From NCBI GenBank assembly GCA_963768765.1, contig CAVYJK010000019.1, positions 11,604 to 75,603 on the forward strand: a stretch of DNA of 64,000 nt. The letters are read 5' to 3'. The notes under the pieces were generated by a model. That model did no database searches. It was not told the DNA's origin and saw nothing but the letters and a program-made list of their open reading frames with translations. This stretch comes from an uncultured delta proteobacterium. Its GTDB lineage: Bacteria; Desulfobacterota; Desulfobaccia; Desulfobaccales; 0-14-0-80-60-11. Below are positions 17,638 to 26,666 of this stretch, piece by piece; within the stretch, counting starts at the first letter, position 1; each line of letters opens with the position of its first letter. Both the position numbers and the translations under genes were made by a program.

Positions 17638-19384
17638 TCACTCCGTTTCATGGGGCGGGTATTCCAGGCGGGCCCACCAGTTGGGGTCCAGGTCCGGGAA
17701 GATGTCGTCCCGCTCTCGACAGGAGTGCAGAAAATTCCAGTCCTCCGGCGGCAGCTCCCGCGCCGCGGCGTAGCGCCGGGTCATATCAGCCAGGCGCTTG
17801 AAGTCGTCCTGGTGCACCACCAGGCGCAGCTCGGCGTAGTCCCGGGCGCTGAAGGTGCTGATGAGGAACTGCCAGTCCGAGGACTCCAGCAGAAAGAGCG
17901 AGCGGCCGCACTGCTTCAGGAGGTCCTGAAGCCGGGGGTCCGGATCGCTGGCCCAGAGCGAGGCCATCTCCTCCATTTCCTGCTCCGCCGGGTAGATGTG
18001 GCGCCAGGTCCAGTCGTTCATTTCGTTGAGCCAGATCCAGTGGTAGCCGCCTTCGCCCCAGGAGCCCTCCGGCAGGGAGATGACGGCCCGGGGCGCCGCG
18101 GCCGCCAGGATCTCCGCCCCGGGGCTCAGGCTCACCTGGGTGTGCCGCTGGAAGCGGCTCAGCACCTGGTAGAGCCATTCCGGGCCCTCGGACCACCAGT
18201 GGCCGATGAGCTCGGTGTCGTAAGGGGCCACCACCATGCCTGGCCTTCCCTGCTGCTGTTTAAAATCGGTTAGGATGTCGCAGACCAGGGAAACGAAATG
18301 GTCCGCCTGTTCGTACAGGCGAGCCGGCACCCACTGGGGGTAGTAGGGCTCCTTGTCCGCCAGGTCGGCCTTGGCGCTGGTCACCTTCCAGTACCGGAGA
18401 CCGCCGGGGAAGCGCTTCTTGTGGAAATCCAGGTAGTTGCCGTCGCCGGGATAGCCCCACTCGCCGCTCCACACCTGGAGCCCGGTCTTGGGGTCCCGGG
18501 TCAAGACCGCCACCGGCCGCTTGGTCTCGGGGGCCGAGCTCACCAGGTAGACCTGATAGGGCGACTTGTCCTCCTCCTCGGGCCGTTCCTGGAACTGGGA
18601 GGCAAAGCGCTCCCAGAGCCGCTCCAGGGCCTCGAAGCGGTCCTTGTAAACGCCGATGGCCCGCCCGCCCTTCAGCAGGTGGGAGTCGATGAAGAAGTAG
18701 CTCAGGCCGTTTTCGGACAAAAACTCCTCCACGCCCTTGCGCAGCACCGGCTCGCCGCCCAGGCCGGCCACGGGGCGGCGCCCACCGGTAGCGAGGCCGG
18801 TAGGCGCACTCCGGCAGCCAGAAGCCCCGGGGGTCCCGGCCGAAATGGCGCCGGTAGGCGGCCACCCCTTGCTTCACCTGGGCCTGTACCGCGGTGTCCC
18901 GCCCCAACAGGGGCAGATACCCGTGGGTGGCAGCGGAGGTGATGACTTCCAGGATTCCCGCGTCCATCAATCGCCGGCAGGCCCCCAGCAGGTTCTCGCC
19001 GAAGTCCTCGCTGAAGGCCCGGCGCAGCTCCCGGTAGTGGGACTCCCACCTCTGGGCCAGGGAGGCGAAGTGGTCGTCCCCCAGCCGCTGGAAGGTATCC
19101 AGATCATCCCGGGCCGCCTGGATCTTGTTATCCAGGTATTCCTTAAACTCTTCCTGGAAGGTGGCCGCAGCCAGCATCTCCGCCAGGATGGGGGTGATCC
19201 CCAGGGTGACCCCGGAAGTCAGGCCCTCCTGCTGCAGGCGGTTGAAGACCTGGAGCAGCGGGATGTAGGACTCGGCCGCCGCTTCGTTGAGCCAGTCCAT
19301 GCCGTGGGGCCAACGGCCGTGGCCGATGACGTAGGGCAGATGGGAATGGAGCACAAAGGTGAAATATCCTAGGGGTTCAGCCAT
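17638..19384 (-). CDS. GH57 (DUF1957) 1,4-alpha-glucan branching enzyme; apparent frameshift ~18775
   Basis: HSHLPYV, ATHGYLPL, GFWLPECAY, PYDTELIGHWWSEG, ESSDWQF. Confidence 0.9.
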
Positions 19385-19465
19385 TATTGCCTCCGGGTCC
19401 GCAAATCCTGGAATAGACTTGGTCGAATGAGACGTGTCTTACGGGAACGCCTTACCTGAAGTTTA

Positions 19466-19494
19466 AACATAAGGTTCACCGGGGCCGTGGTCAA
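19466..19494 (-). promoter_or_regulatory. sigma70-type promoter of the GH57 gene
   Basis: TTGACC-17 nt-TATGTT on the minus strand. Confidence 0.45.
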
Positions 19495-19705
19495 TGGCCG
19501 GCAAACGCTCCCCCGAAGAATCCTGCCTGCCTTAAGGCACTTGGAAAGCCGCTCTGATAAAGAAAACCAAGGTGGCACAGCCGCCCTCGCGGTTTACCAA
19601 CCAGGTATGGTGGGTCGTGCCCCCCCTGCCCCCCCTGCCCCCCCTCCCTGGGTTGTCCCTTCCACGGTCCTCAGTCTCTGGAAGCTGAAAGCTGATTGCT
19701 GACAG

Positions 19706-21136
19706 CTAAGGAATGACATCCGCCTTGATCAGGTTGGTGGTGCCCTGGGCGCCGATGGGGGTGCCGGCGGTGATGATCACCAGCTCCCCGGAGTTGAGCA
19801 TCCCGGCCTTTACGGCCTGCTCCTCCACCACCCGCAGCATGTGGTCGGTGTTCTTGAGGTGGGGAGCCCGCAGGGGAAAAACTCCCCAGGACAGGGCAAG
19901 ACGCCTCAGGGTCTCCGGCCGGGGCGTAACCGCAATAATGGGGGTGCGGGGCCGGAAACGGCTGATGAGGCGGGCCGTAAAGCCGGAGTCGGTGCTGGCC
20001 AGGATGGCCGCGGCCTCCAGGTCCAGGGCCATTTCGCAGGCCGCGTAGCTGATGGCTTCCGAGATTTCCTGGCGGTCCCCGGGGGCCCGGCTCCGCAGCC
20101 AGGCGACGTGGGGGAAGCTTTCCTCCGTGGCCCGGCTCACCAGGTCCAGAAAGCGGACGGCCTCCACCGGAAAGTGGCCCACCGCGGTCTCCTCGGACAG
20201 CATCACCGCGTCGGTGCCGTCCAGGATGGCGTTGGCCACGTCGGTGGCTTCCGCCCGGCTGGGCCGGGAATGGCTCACCATGGAGAGCAACATCTGGGTG
20301 GCGGTGATCACCGGCTTGGCGGCCAGGTTGGCCGCGGCGATGATCTCTTTCTGCACCATGGGGATGCGCTCCAGGGGGATTTCCACCCCCAGGTCCCCCC
20401 GGGCCACCATGAGGCCGTCCACCACGGCCAGGATCTCCTGGAGATGGTCCAGGGCTTCGTGCTTTTCGATCTTGGCGATGATTGGGAGGTCCGCCCCCAG
20501 GCCCTGCATGAATTCCCGGGCCTCCAGCACGTCATCGGCGCCGCGCACGTAAGACAGGGCCACGAAGTCCACGCCTTTCTCCACCCCGAACCGGAGATCA
20601 TCCCGGTCCTTATCGGTGAAGGCCGGCAACGACAGGGTGTGGCTGGGGAAATTTATCCCCACCTGGGAGCGCAATACCCCGCCCACCACCACCCGGCACT
20701 TGAGGGCCCGGTCCGTCTTCTCTGCCACCCTGAGCTCGATGGAGCCGTCGGCCAGGAGGATGGGAACCCCCACCGGGGTATCCCGGACGATCTCCGGATA
20801 AGCCACGGTGGCCCCCAGGCCGGGCTCCGGCAGGGGTCCGACGCTCAGATGGAATTCCTGCCCCGGCACAAGCTCCAGCTCGCCGCCGGGGACTTCGCCG
20901 ATGCGGACTTTGGGGCCGGCCAGGTCCTGGAGAATGGCCACCGGGGCGCCGCCCGCCTCCGAAATGGCCCGGAGGCGCCTGATCCATTCGCCGTGCTCTT
21001 CCTGGGTTCCATGGGAGAAGTTCAGACGAGCCACATTCATGCCGGAGTCCACCAACCTGGGCAGCACCTCCCCGGTGCAGGCCGGCCCCAAGGTGCACAC
21101 GATCTTGGTGCGTCGTTTCTCCCGCAGTCCGGACAT
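19706..21136 (-). CDS. pyk: Pyruvate kinase
   Basis: RTKIVCTLGPA, ARLNFSHG, IAKIEK, MVARGDLGVE, ATQML. Confidence 0.96.
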   Translation of the reverse strand: MSGLREKRRTKIVCTLGPACTGEVLPRLVDSGMNVARLNFSHGTQEEHGEWIRRLRAISEAGGAPVAILQDLAGPKVRIGEVPGGELELVPGQEFHLSVGPLPEPGLGATVAYPEIVRDTPVGVPILLADGSIELRVAEKTDRALKCRVVVGGVLRSQVGINFPSHTLSLPAFTDKDRDDLRFGVEKGVDFVALSYVRGADDVLEAREFMQGLGADLPIIAKIEKHEALDHLQEILAVVDGLMVARGDLGVEIPLERIPMVQKEIIAAANLAAKPVITATQMLLSMVSHSRPSRAEATDVANAILDGTDAVMLSEETAVGHFPVEAVRFLDLVSRATEESFPHVAWLRSRAPGDRQEISEAISYAACEMALDLEAAAILASTDSGFTARLISRFRPRTPIIAVTPRPETLRRLALSWGVFPLRAPHLKNTDHMLRVVEEQAVKAGMLNSGELVIITAGTPIGAQGTTNLIKADVIP

Positions 21137-21343
21137 GCATCCTCCTTTAATCATTAAAGAATCGTCGGCTGGTTGGGGGCATGGGGCAAAAATCCCAGGT
21201 AAGATGCACAAAAAGTTTCATTTGGTCTTATCGAATGTCGAGAAACCAAAGTAAAGAAATATTTGCTCCCATGTGGTTGACAAATTATTATTTAATATTA
21301 ACTGATTATAAACAACGTAAAAATAGAAAAATAATTGTTGTAA

Positions 21344-21371
21344 GGTATAATTATTGCATAATAATTATACC
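21344..21371. promoter_or_regulatory. Perfect AT-rich inverted repeat (operator candidate)
   Basis: GGTATAATTATT-GCAT-AATAATTATACC, 18 nt upstream of ATG 21390. Confidence 0.55.
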
Positions 21372-21389
21372 AAAAGGGGGGGAACAATT

Positions 21390-21584
21390 ATGCCGATTTA
21401 CGAATACCAATGTGTGGACTGCGGCGGCCGCGACCAGCGGGTGGCGGGCCTGGATGACCACACGGCCCTTTGCACCCAATGCAGCGGCTTGATGCTGCGC
21501 CTGGACGAAGACGTCTTCCAGCCGTATTTCGAGGAAGTGTCGCCTCCGGCCTGGCCTGATACCAAAACCAAAGCTTCTCTCTAA
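21390..21584 (+). CDS. FmdB-family zinc-ribbon protein
   Basis: MPIYEYQCVDC...CTQC. Confidence 0.85.
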   Translation: MPIYEYQCVDCGGRDQRVAGLDDHTALCTQCSGLMLRLDEDVFQPYFEEVSPPAWPDTKTKASL

Positions 21585-21602
21585 CTGCCAAAGTTTGGAT
21601 GC

Positions 21603-21632
21603 AAAAAAGCCCCTCGGGGGAGGGGCTTTTTT
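21603..21632. terminator. Intrinsic terminator
   Basis: AAAAAAGCCCCTC-GGGG-GAGGGGCTTTTTT. Confidence 0.8.
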
Positions 21633-21783
21633 GCGGCCAGGTCTTGTGAAATCTTTCTTTTATTCCGACCTCCACCCCGCACCGTCCGCAGCATTCCACC
21701 CATGAATAATGTCGCACCGGCGTCTCGCCGGCGCGGTGGGGCGGTTTAAAACCCCCATGGTTCCGGGTGAGCCGCAGGCCTAG

Positions 21784-22140
21784 CTAGTATTTTGTCCCGC
21801 AAATTCCTTAACATAGGCACAGGACCGCTAAACTCCCCCTCCCCTGGTGGGAGGGGGTTGATGGATAAGACGCAGTAATCATTAAATGTTTTTATCACCC
21901 CCACCCTGACCCTCCCCCATCAAGGGGGAGGGAAATACTAGTGGTGCGTTTCGCAATTACCTATTCTTATAAATGTCCTTAAAATTCCCCTCTCCCCTCG
22001 GGGGAGAGGGTTAGGGTGAGGGGGGCGAATTTTCTAATCCAACGCCATTACTGGACTATTATCACCCCCACCTTGATCCTCCTCCATTTTTCCCGCATTG
22101 GGGGGGGGGCGGGGGCTGTTGGCCCCGGCCCTCCCCTAAT
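21784..22140. repeat. Tandem CTAG-bounded elements with G/C-tract palindromic cores
   Basis: CTAGTATTT (21784)...AAATACTAG (21941); the next element starts at the shared CTAG (CTAGTGGTGCGTTTCGCAATTA). Confidence 0.65.
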
Positions 22141-22280
22141 ATCACTTTGTTAACCTCCTGCCAGGGCCGCCAGGGCAGGCGGTCCTGCCTGGTCATGCCA
22201 GGCCCCGCCTCGGGGCCGGACAAAAGGAGCCGGAGGTATCGGCGGCTGCCCTCCAGCCCTGAGCAAACGCCAGCCTGGTG

Positions 22281-22628
22281 TCAGAGGGGTTCTCCTTGAT
22301 GGGTCAATTCCTTGGGAACCGCGGGGTATTCCTTGCCACACCAGCCATGCCAGCCGCCCTCCAGCACGTAGACCTCCTTGAGCCCCATCCGGTCCAGTTC
22401 CCGGGCCATCGCCGGGCACTCGGTAACGCCGTTTTCGCAGTACAGGACCACCTTCTGGTTTTTGGGGAGCTTCCCGGCCAGGCTGGGAAGTTTGGCCGGC
22501 TCGATGCGGTGTGCGCCTTCAATCTTGGCGATGCTCTTGCCGAAGGCCTCCGGGGACCTGATGTCGATGAGGAGAAGATCCGGCTGTCCCAGCCAACCCT
22601 TCAAGGTCTCTTTGTTGATGGATTTCAC
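22281..22628 (-). CDS. Rhodanese-like protein (Cys form)
   Basis: IDIR, IEGAHRI, VVLYCENG, VYVLEGGWHGW; RBS GAGGAGG before a GTG start. Confidence 0.85.
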   Translation of the reverse strand: MKSINKETLKGWLGQPDLLLIDIRSPEAFGKSIAKIEGAHRIEPAKLPSLAGKLPKNQKVVLYCENGVTECPAMARELDRMGLKEVYVLEGGWHGWCGKEYPAVPKELTHQGEPL

Positions 22629-22724
22629 CTTGGCAAACCTCCTCACCGGCATGAAATAAAATCTCAGATAGGATGGTCCCCCCCCCACGGGGGCCGGGTT
22701 GCAAAACGGTTCAGCCTCTTAAAC

Positions 22725-22797
22725 TGTCATTCTGAGCGAAGCGAAGAATCTAGTAATTTAAACGGGCTAGACCCTTCGCCTTCGGCTCAGGGTGACA
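22725..22797. repeat. TGTCA...TGACA palindromic repeat
   Basis: TGTCATTCTGAGCGAAGCGAAG...CTTCGCCTTCGGCTCAGGGTGACA; related copy at 23443-23516. Confidence 0.75.
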
Positions 22798-22863
22798 AAA
22801 AAACGAGTCCTTCAACCGCCTGATAAGCGCAACCGGGAAAGCCGGTTCGAAGCCCACCTTTCG

Positions 22864-23196
22864 TCAAGGCGGGTCCCTGAGGTCCGTGGGATAACCTTTC
22901 CCTTCCCAGGCCTGCCAGCCGCCCGCCAAGATGTAGACCTTAGAGAACCCCATCCGTTCCAGTTCCTGCCCCACCCGGGAGCTGGTACCCTCCTGGGGTC
23001 AGGTTCAATAGAGGACCAGCCTTTGGTCCTTGGAAAGATCCCTGGACCACTCCGACACCCGCTGGGGATCAAAACGGTGGGCGCCCGCGATCTTGGCGTT
23101 GCTACCCTCCCAGGCGGCCTGATTCCGCAAATCGATGATGAAAACGTCGGGGGCTCCCAACCAGCCTTTCAGGATATCGGGGTCGATCTTTTCCAC
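22864..23196 (-). CDS. Rhodanese-like selenoprotein candidate with a U-T-U motif
   Basis: GTG start after AAGGAG; LVLY-TGA(23005-7)-T-TGA(22999-23001)-PQEGTSSRVGQELERMGFSKVYILAGGWQAW continues in frame and aligns with the adjacent paralog. Confidence 0.82.
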
Positions 23197-23442
23197 GCCG
23201 GGGTCTCCTTTGCCGCAAGCCCGGGGCGCCACGGACCCGGCGGCAAGTCTGCTTCGGCCGGGAACTTTAGACCTGATATGACAGTCCGGGAAATGAAAGA
23301 GCAGACAAGTGGGCGGCCGTGTTGTTTCAATAAGTAATCATCATTTTCCCGGAATCCAGGGGTTGGATTGGGAAAAATCACGGGGACTTAAGCCGATCTA
23401 GGATCCTGTTAGGGGCTGTGGAAAGACGCTCAGTTTTTCGAT

Positions 23443-23516
23443 TGTCATCCTGGAACAAAGCGAAGAATCCGGTAATTTCAATGGACTGGACCTTTCGCCT
23501 TGGGCTCAGGTTGACA
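23443..23516. repeat. TGTCA...TGACA palindromic repeat
   Basis: Degenerate copy of 22725-22797. Confidence 0.7.
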
Positions 23517-23675
23517 ACATAACGGGTTTTGCCACGGCCTGACAGCCATCCTGGGCGGAGGCCTCTCTCCCGAAGTTCTCCCCTTCGGCTTAACAACCCC
23601 GGTTTTTCCCGGTCTTTACAACCAAGGCGGGTAAAGTTTAGCCCTTCCCTGGGATTTATGGTAAGGTGAAAAACC

Positions 23676-26645
23676 ATGGAAGTCATTGCTGACCTGCACC
23701 TCCACTCCCGTTTTTCCATCGCCACCGGCCGGGAAGCAGACCTGGAGCACCTGGATCTCTGGGGCCGCTACAAAGGGGTGCAGGTGGTGGGCACGGGAGA
23801 TTGCACCCACCCGGAGTGGCTTAAGCAACTGGCCGCCAAGCTGGAGCCGGTCTCTGAAGGCACCTACGGGCTCAAAGGAGAGCTGGCCCTGCCGTTGAAC
23901 CTCCGGGGCCCCCATTGGGACGAGACCCCCCGGGTGCGATTCGTGATCACCGGCGAAGTGAGCACCATCTATAAAAAGGCCGGCAAGGTCCGCAAGGTCC
24001 ACCTGCTGCTGTTGCTTTCCGGCCTGAAGACCGCGGGCAAGCTCTCAGAGCGCCTGGGCCGCCTGGGCAACGTCACCTCCGATGGTCGCCCCATCCTGGG
24101 CCTGGATGCCCGGTACGTGCTGGAGCTGGTGCTGGACCTCGACCCCCAGGCCCTGGTGATCCCGGCCCACATCTGGACCCCCTGGTTTTCCGTGTTGGGG
24201 AGCAAGAGCGGCTTCGACTCCCTGGAGGAGTGCTTTGAGGAAGGGGTGGCCCACATTCACGCCCTGGAAACCGGTTTGTCGTCCGACCCGGCCATGAACT
24301 GGCGGGTCTCGGCCCTGGACCGCTTCCTCCTGGTCTCCAACTCCGACGCTCATTCGCCCCAAAAGCTGGGCCGGGAGGCCAATATTTTTCACGTGCCCCC
24401 AACCTATCCCGATATGGCCCAGGCCCTGCGCACCGGCGAAGGCTTCGGGGGCACCCTCGAGTTCTTTCCCCAGGAAGGCAAGTACCACCTGGACGGCCAC
24501 CGCAATTGCGGTGTCAGGCTCACCCCGGAAGAGGCCCGGGCCCTAAGCGGGGTCTGCCCCAAGTGCGCCAAGGCCCTGACCTACGGGGTGATGCACCGGG
24601 TGCTGGACCTGGCCGATCGCCCGGCCGGGACCCAGCCGCCGGCGGCCAGGCCTTTCGAGTCCCTCATCGCCCTGCCGGAGATCCTCCAGGAGGTCCTGGA
24701 GGTGGGCTCCAGCTCCAGTAAAAAGGTGCGGCAGCGTTACTTCCGCCTGCTGGAGAAACTGGGACCCGAGCTCCAGATCCTGCGCCGCACGCCCCTTTCG
24801 GAACTGGCCCGGGAGGGGGGCGATCTCCTGGCCCACGGCATCGACCAGATGCGCCGGCGGGAGGTAAACCTTGCCGGGGGCTACGACGGCGCCTACGGGG
24901 AGATTCGCCTCTTCACCCCGGAGGAGCGCCAGCGGTTGCTGCGCCAGGGGGCCTTTTTCAGCCTGGCGGGCACCGCCGCGGTGGCGTCCAAGCCTGATAA
25001 GGCAAACCTGCCGCCGCTTGCGGCCGGACCAAACGCCGCCAATTCTCCGGAAAGCCCGGATTTCGAAAACCGAAAACCGAAAACCGAAAACCGTCTTTTC
25101 GACGATCCGCTCCTGGCCCCGCTGAACCAGGCTCAGCGGCAGGCGGTGCTGCACCGGGGGCCGCCGCTGCTGGTGGTCGCGGGCCCCGGCACCGGCAAGA
25201 CCCGGGCCCTCACCCACCGCCTGGCCCATCTCCTGGCCCGCCGGGGCGCGGCCCCGGAAGAGATCCTGGCCGTCACCTTTACCCGACAGGCGGCCGGGGA
25301 GATGGCCGAGCGCCTCCGGCGCCTGCTCCCGGGCTTTCCGGGTCTGGAAAGACTCGCGCTCCAGACCTTTCACGCCCTGGGGCACCGGATCCTTCAGGAC
25401 CAGGGAGGCCCGGGCCGGGAGGTGGCGGATGAAGAGCGCCGCCGCCGCCTCATCCGGGAGATCGCCCGGAACCATAAGCTGCCCTTCGCCGCCCTGGAGA
25501 AGCAGATCACCTTCTGGAAGCAGGCCCTGCAATACCCGGAGGACGTGGACGGCGCCCCGGAGCCCCGGCATCTGGCGGCCTACCGGGACTACGAGGCCGC
25601 CCTGGAAGGGCAAAACCTGTGGGACTACGAGGACCTCATCGCCCGGCCCGCCCTGCTTTATGCCCGGCAGCCGGCATTGAGGGAGGCCTGCCGCGGTTTC
25701 CGCCACCTGCTGGTGGACGAGTACCAGGACCTGAATGAAGCCCAATACCGCCTGTTCCGAACCCTGGCGGGCCCCCAAGCGGAGATCATGGTCATCGGCG
25801 ACCCGGACCAGGCCATTTACGGTTTCCGGGGCGCCAGCCCCCGGTACTTCTCCCGGTTCCTGGCCGACTGGCCGGGCGCGGTGGCCTTGAGTTTCCCCGA
25901 GACCTACCGCCTGCCCCGGCCACTCCTTATGGCCGCCGGCCGGTTCCGGGCTGCGCCGGCGGGGGCAGCAGGCCCCCTGCTCACCCATCAGGCCGGCGCC
26001 GAGCCCCTGGTGCTCCTGGAGGCCCCCTCCGAGGCGGCCGAAGCCCGGACCATCGCCAAAGAGATCGAAAGATTGGTGGGAGGCCTGACCCACTACGCCC
26101 TGGAAGACGCGGGCCTCCGCCATCCGGACCGGCCGGAGCCGGCCGCCTTGCGGGATGTGGCGGTCCTTTATCGGCTGCACGCCCTGGGCCCGGAACTGGA
26201 GCGCCGCCTCACCGAGGCCGGCATCCCCTGCCTGCAGGCCCGGGAAGGGGTGGGCCCCGAATGGGACGGCCTGGACCTGGCCGCGGAGCGGGTTAAGCTT
26301 CTCACCTTGCACGCCGCCAAGGGACTGGAATTCCCTTACGTTTTCATTGCCGGCTTTGAGGCCGGCCTCCTTCCCTGGGAACCGGAAGGGGAATATCTCT
26401 CAGACCCGGAGGAAGAAAGGCGCCTGTTTTACGTGGGGCTGACCCGGGCTTCTCGCCAGGTCTTCCTCACCTGCTCCCGGGTGCGCACCGTCTGGGGCAA
26501 GAGACGGCGGGCCGGGGTCTCGCCCCTGGTTCAGGACCTGCCTCCGGAGTTGTTGCGCCGGCCCGCGGCGCCGCCCTCCCGGCAGGGACGGCAGCCCAGG
26601 CTTTTCCCGGAGTTGTGGCGGCCCCGAAACCCCAGGGTAGAATAA
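23676..26645 (+). CDS. Endonuclease Q-like PHP domain fused to a UvrD/Rep SF1 helicase
   Basis: DLHLHSRFS, PAHIWTPW, SNSDAHS, GKYHLDGH, CPKC; GPGTGKT, DEYQD, GDPDQAIYGFRG, TLHAAKGLEF, EERRLFYVGLTRA. Confidence 0.9.
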   Translation: MEVIADLHLHSRFSIATGREADLEHLDLWGRYKGVQVVGTGDCTHPEWLKQLAAKLEPVSEGTYGLKGELALPLNLRGPHWDETPRVRFVITGEVSTIYKKAGKVRKVHLLLLLSGLKTAGKLSERLGRLGNVTSDGRPILGLDARYVLELVLDLDPQALVIPAHIWTPWFSVLGSKSGFDSLEECFEEGVAHIHALETGLSSDPAMNWRVSALDRFLLVSNSDAHSPQKLGREANIFHVPPTYPDMAQALRTGEGFGGTLEFFPQEGKYHLDGHRNCGVRLTPEEARALSGVCPKCAKALTYGVMHRVLDLADRPAGTQPPAARPFESLIALPEILQEVLEVGSSSSKKVRQRYFRLLEKLGPELQILRRTPLSELAREGGDLLAHGIDQMRRREVNLAGGYDGAYGEIRLFTPEERQRLLRQGAFFSLAGTAAVASKPDKANLPPLAAGPNAANSPESPDFENRKPKTENRLFDDPLLAPLNQAQRQAVLHRGPPLLVVAGPGTGKTRALTHRLAHLLARRGAAPEEILAVTFTRQAAGEMAERLRRLLPGFPGLERLALQTFHALGHRILQDQGGPGREVADEERRRRLIREIARNHKLPFAALEKQITFWKQALQYPEDVDGAPEPRHLAAYRDYEAALEGQNLWDYEDLIARPALLYARQPALREACRGFRHLLVDEYQDLNEAQYRLFRTLAGPQAEIMVIGDPDQAIYGFRGASPRYFSRFLADWPGAVALSFPETYRLPRPLLMAAGRFRAAPAGAAGPLLTHQAGAEPLVLLEAPSEAAEARTIAKEIERLVGGLTHYALEDAGLRHPDRPEPAALRDVAVLYRLHALGPELERRLTEAGIPCLQAREGVGPEWDGLDLAAERVKLLTLHAAKGLEFPYVFIAGFEAGLLPWEPEGEYLSDPEEERRLFYVGLTRASRQVFLTCSRVRTVWGKRRRAGVSPLVQDLPPELLRRPAAPPSRQGRQPRLFPELWRPRNPRVE

Positions 26646-26666
26646 TTGGGAGTGCTTATCCGGCCC

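Noticed and set aside
19390-19600. Possible 6S RNA or 64-aa ORF upstream of the GH57 gene
   Set aside because: I could not build a long closing stem. The region is explained by a TTGACC-17-TATGTT promoter and a REP-like palindrome, and the ORF has no RBS or recognisable motif.
22864-22866. Third TGA of the rhodanese as another Sec
   Set aside because: It falls where the domain ends (GYP...), and the downstream frame runs into repeat sequence, so it is treated as the true stop.
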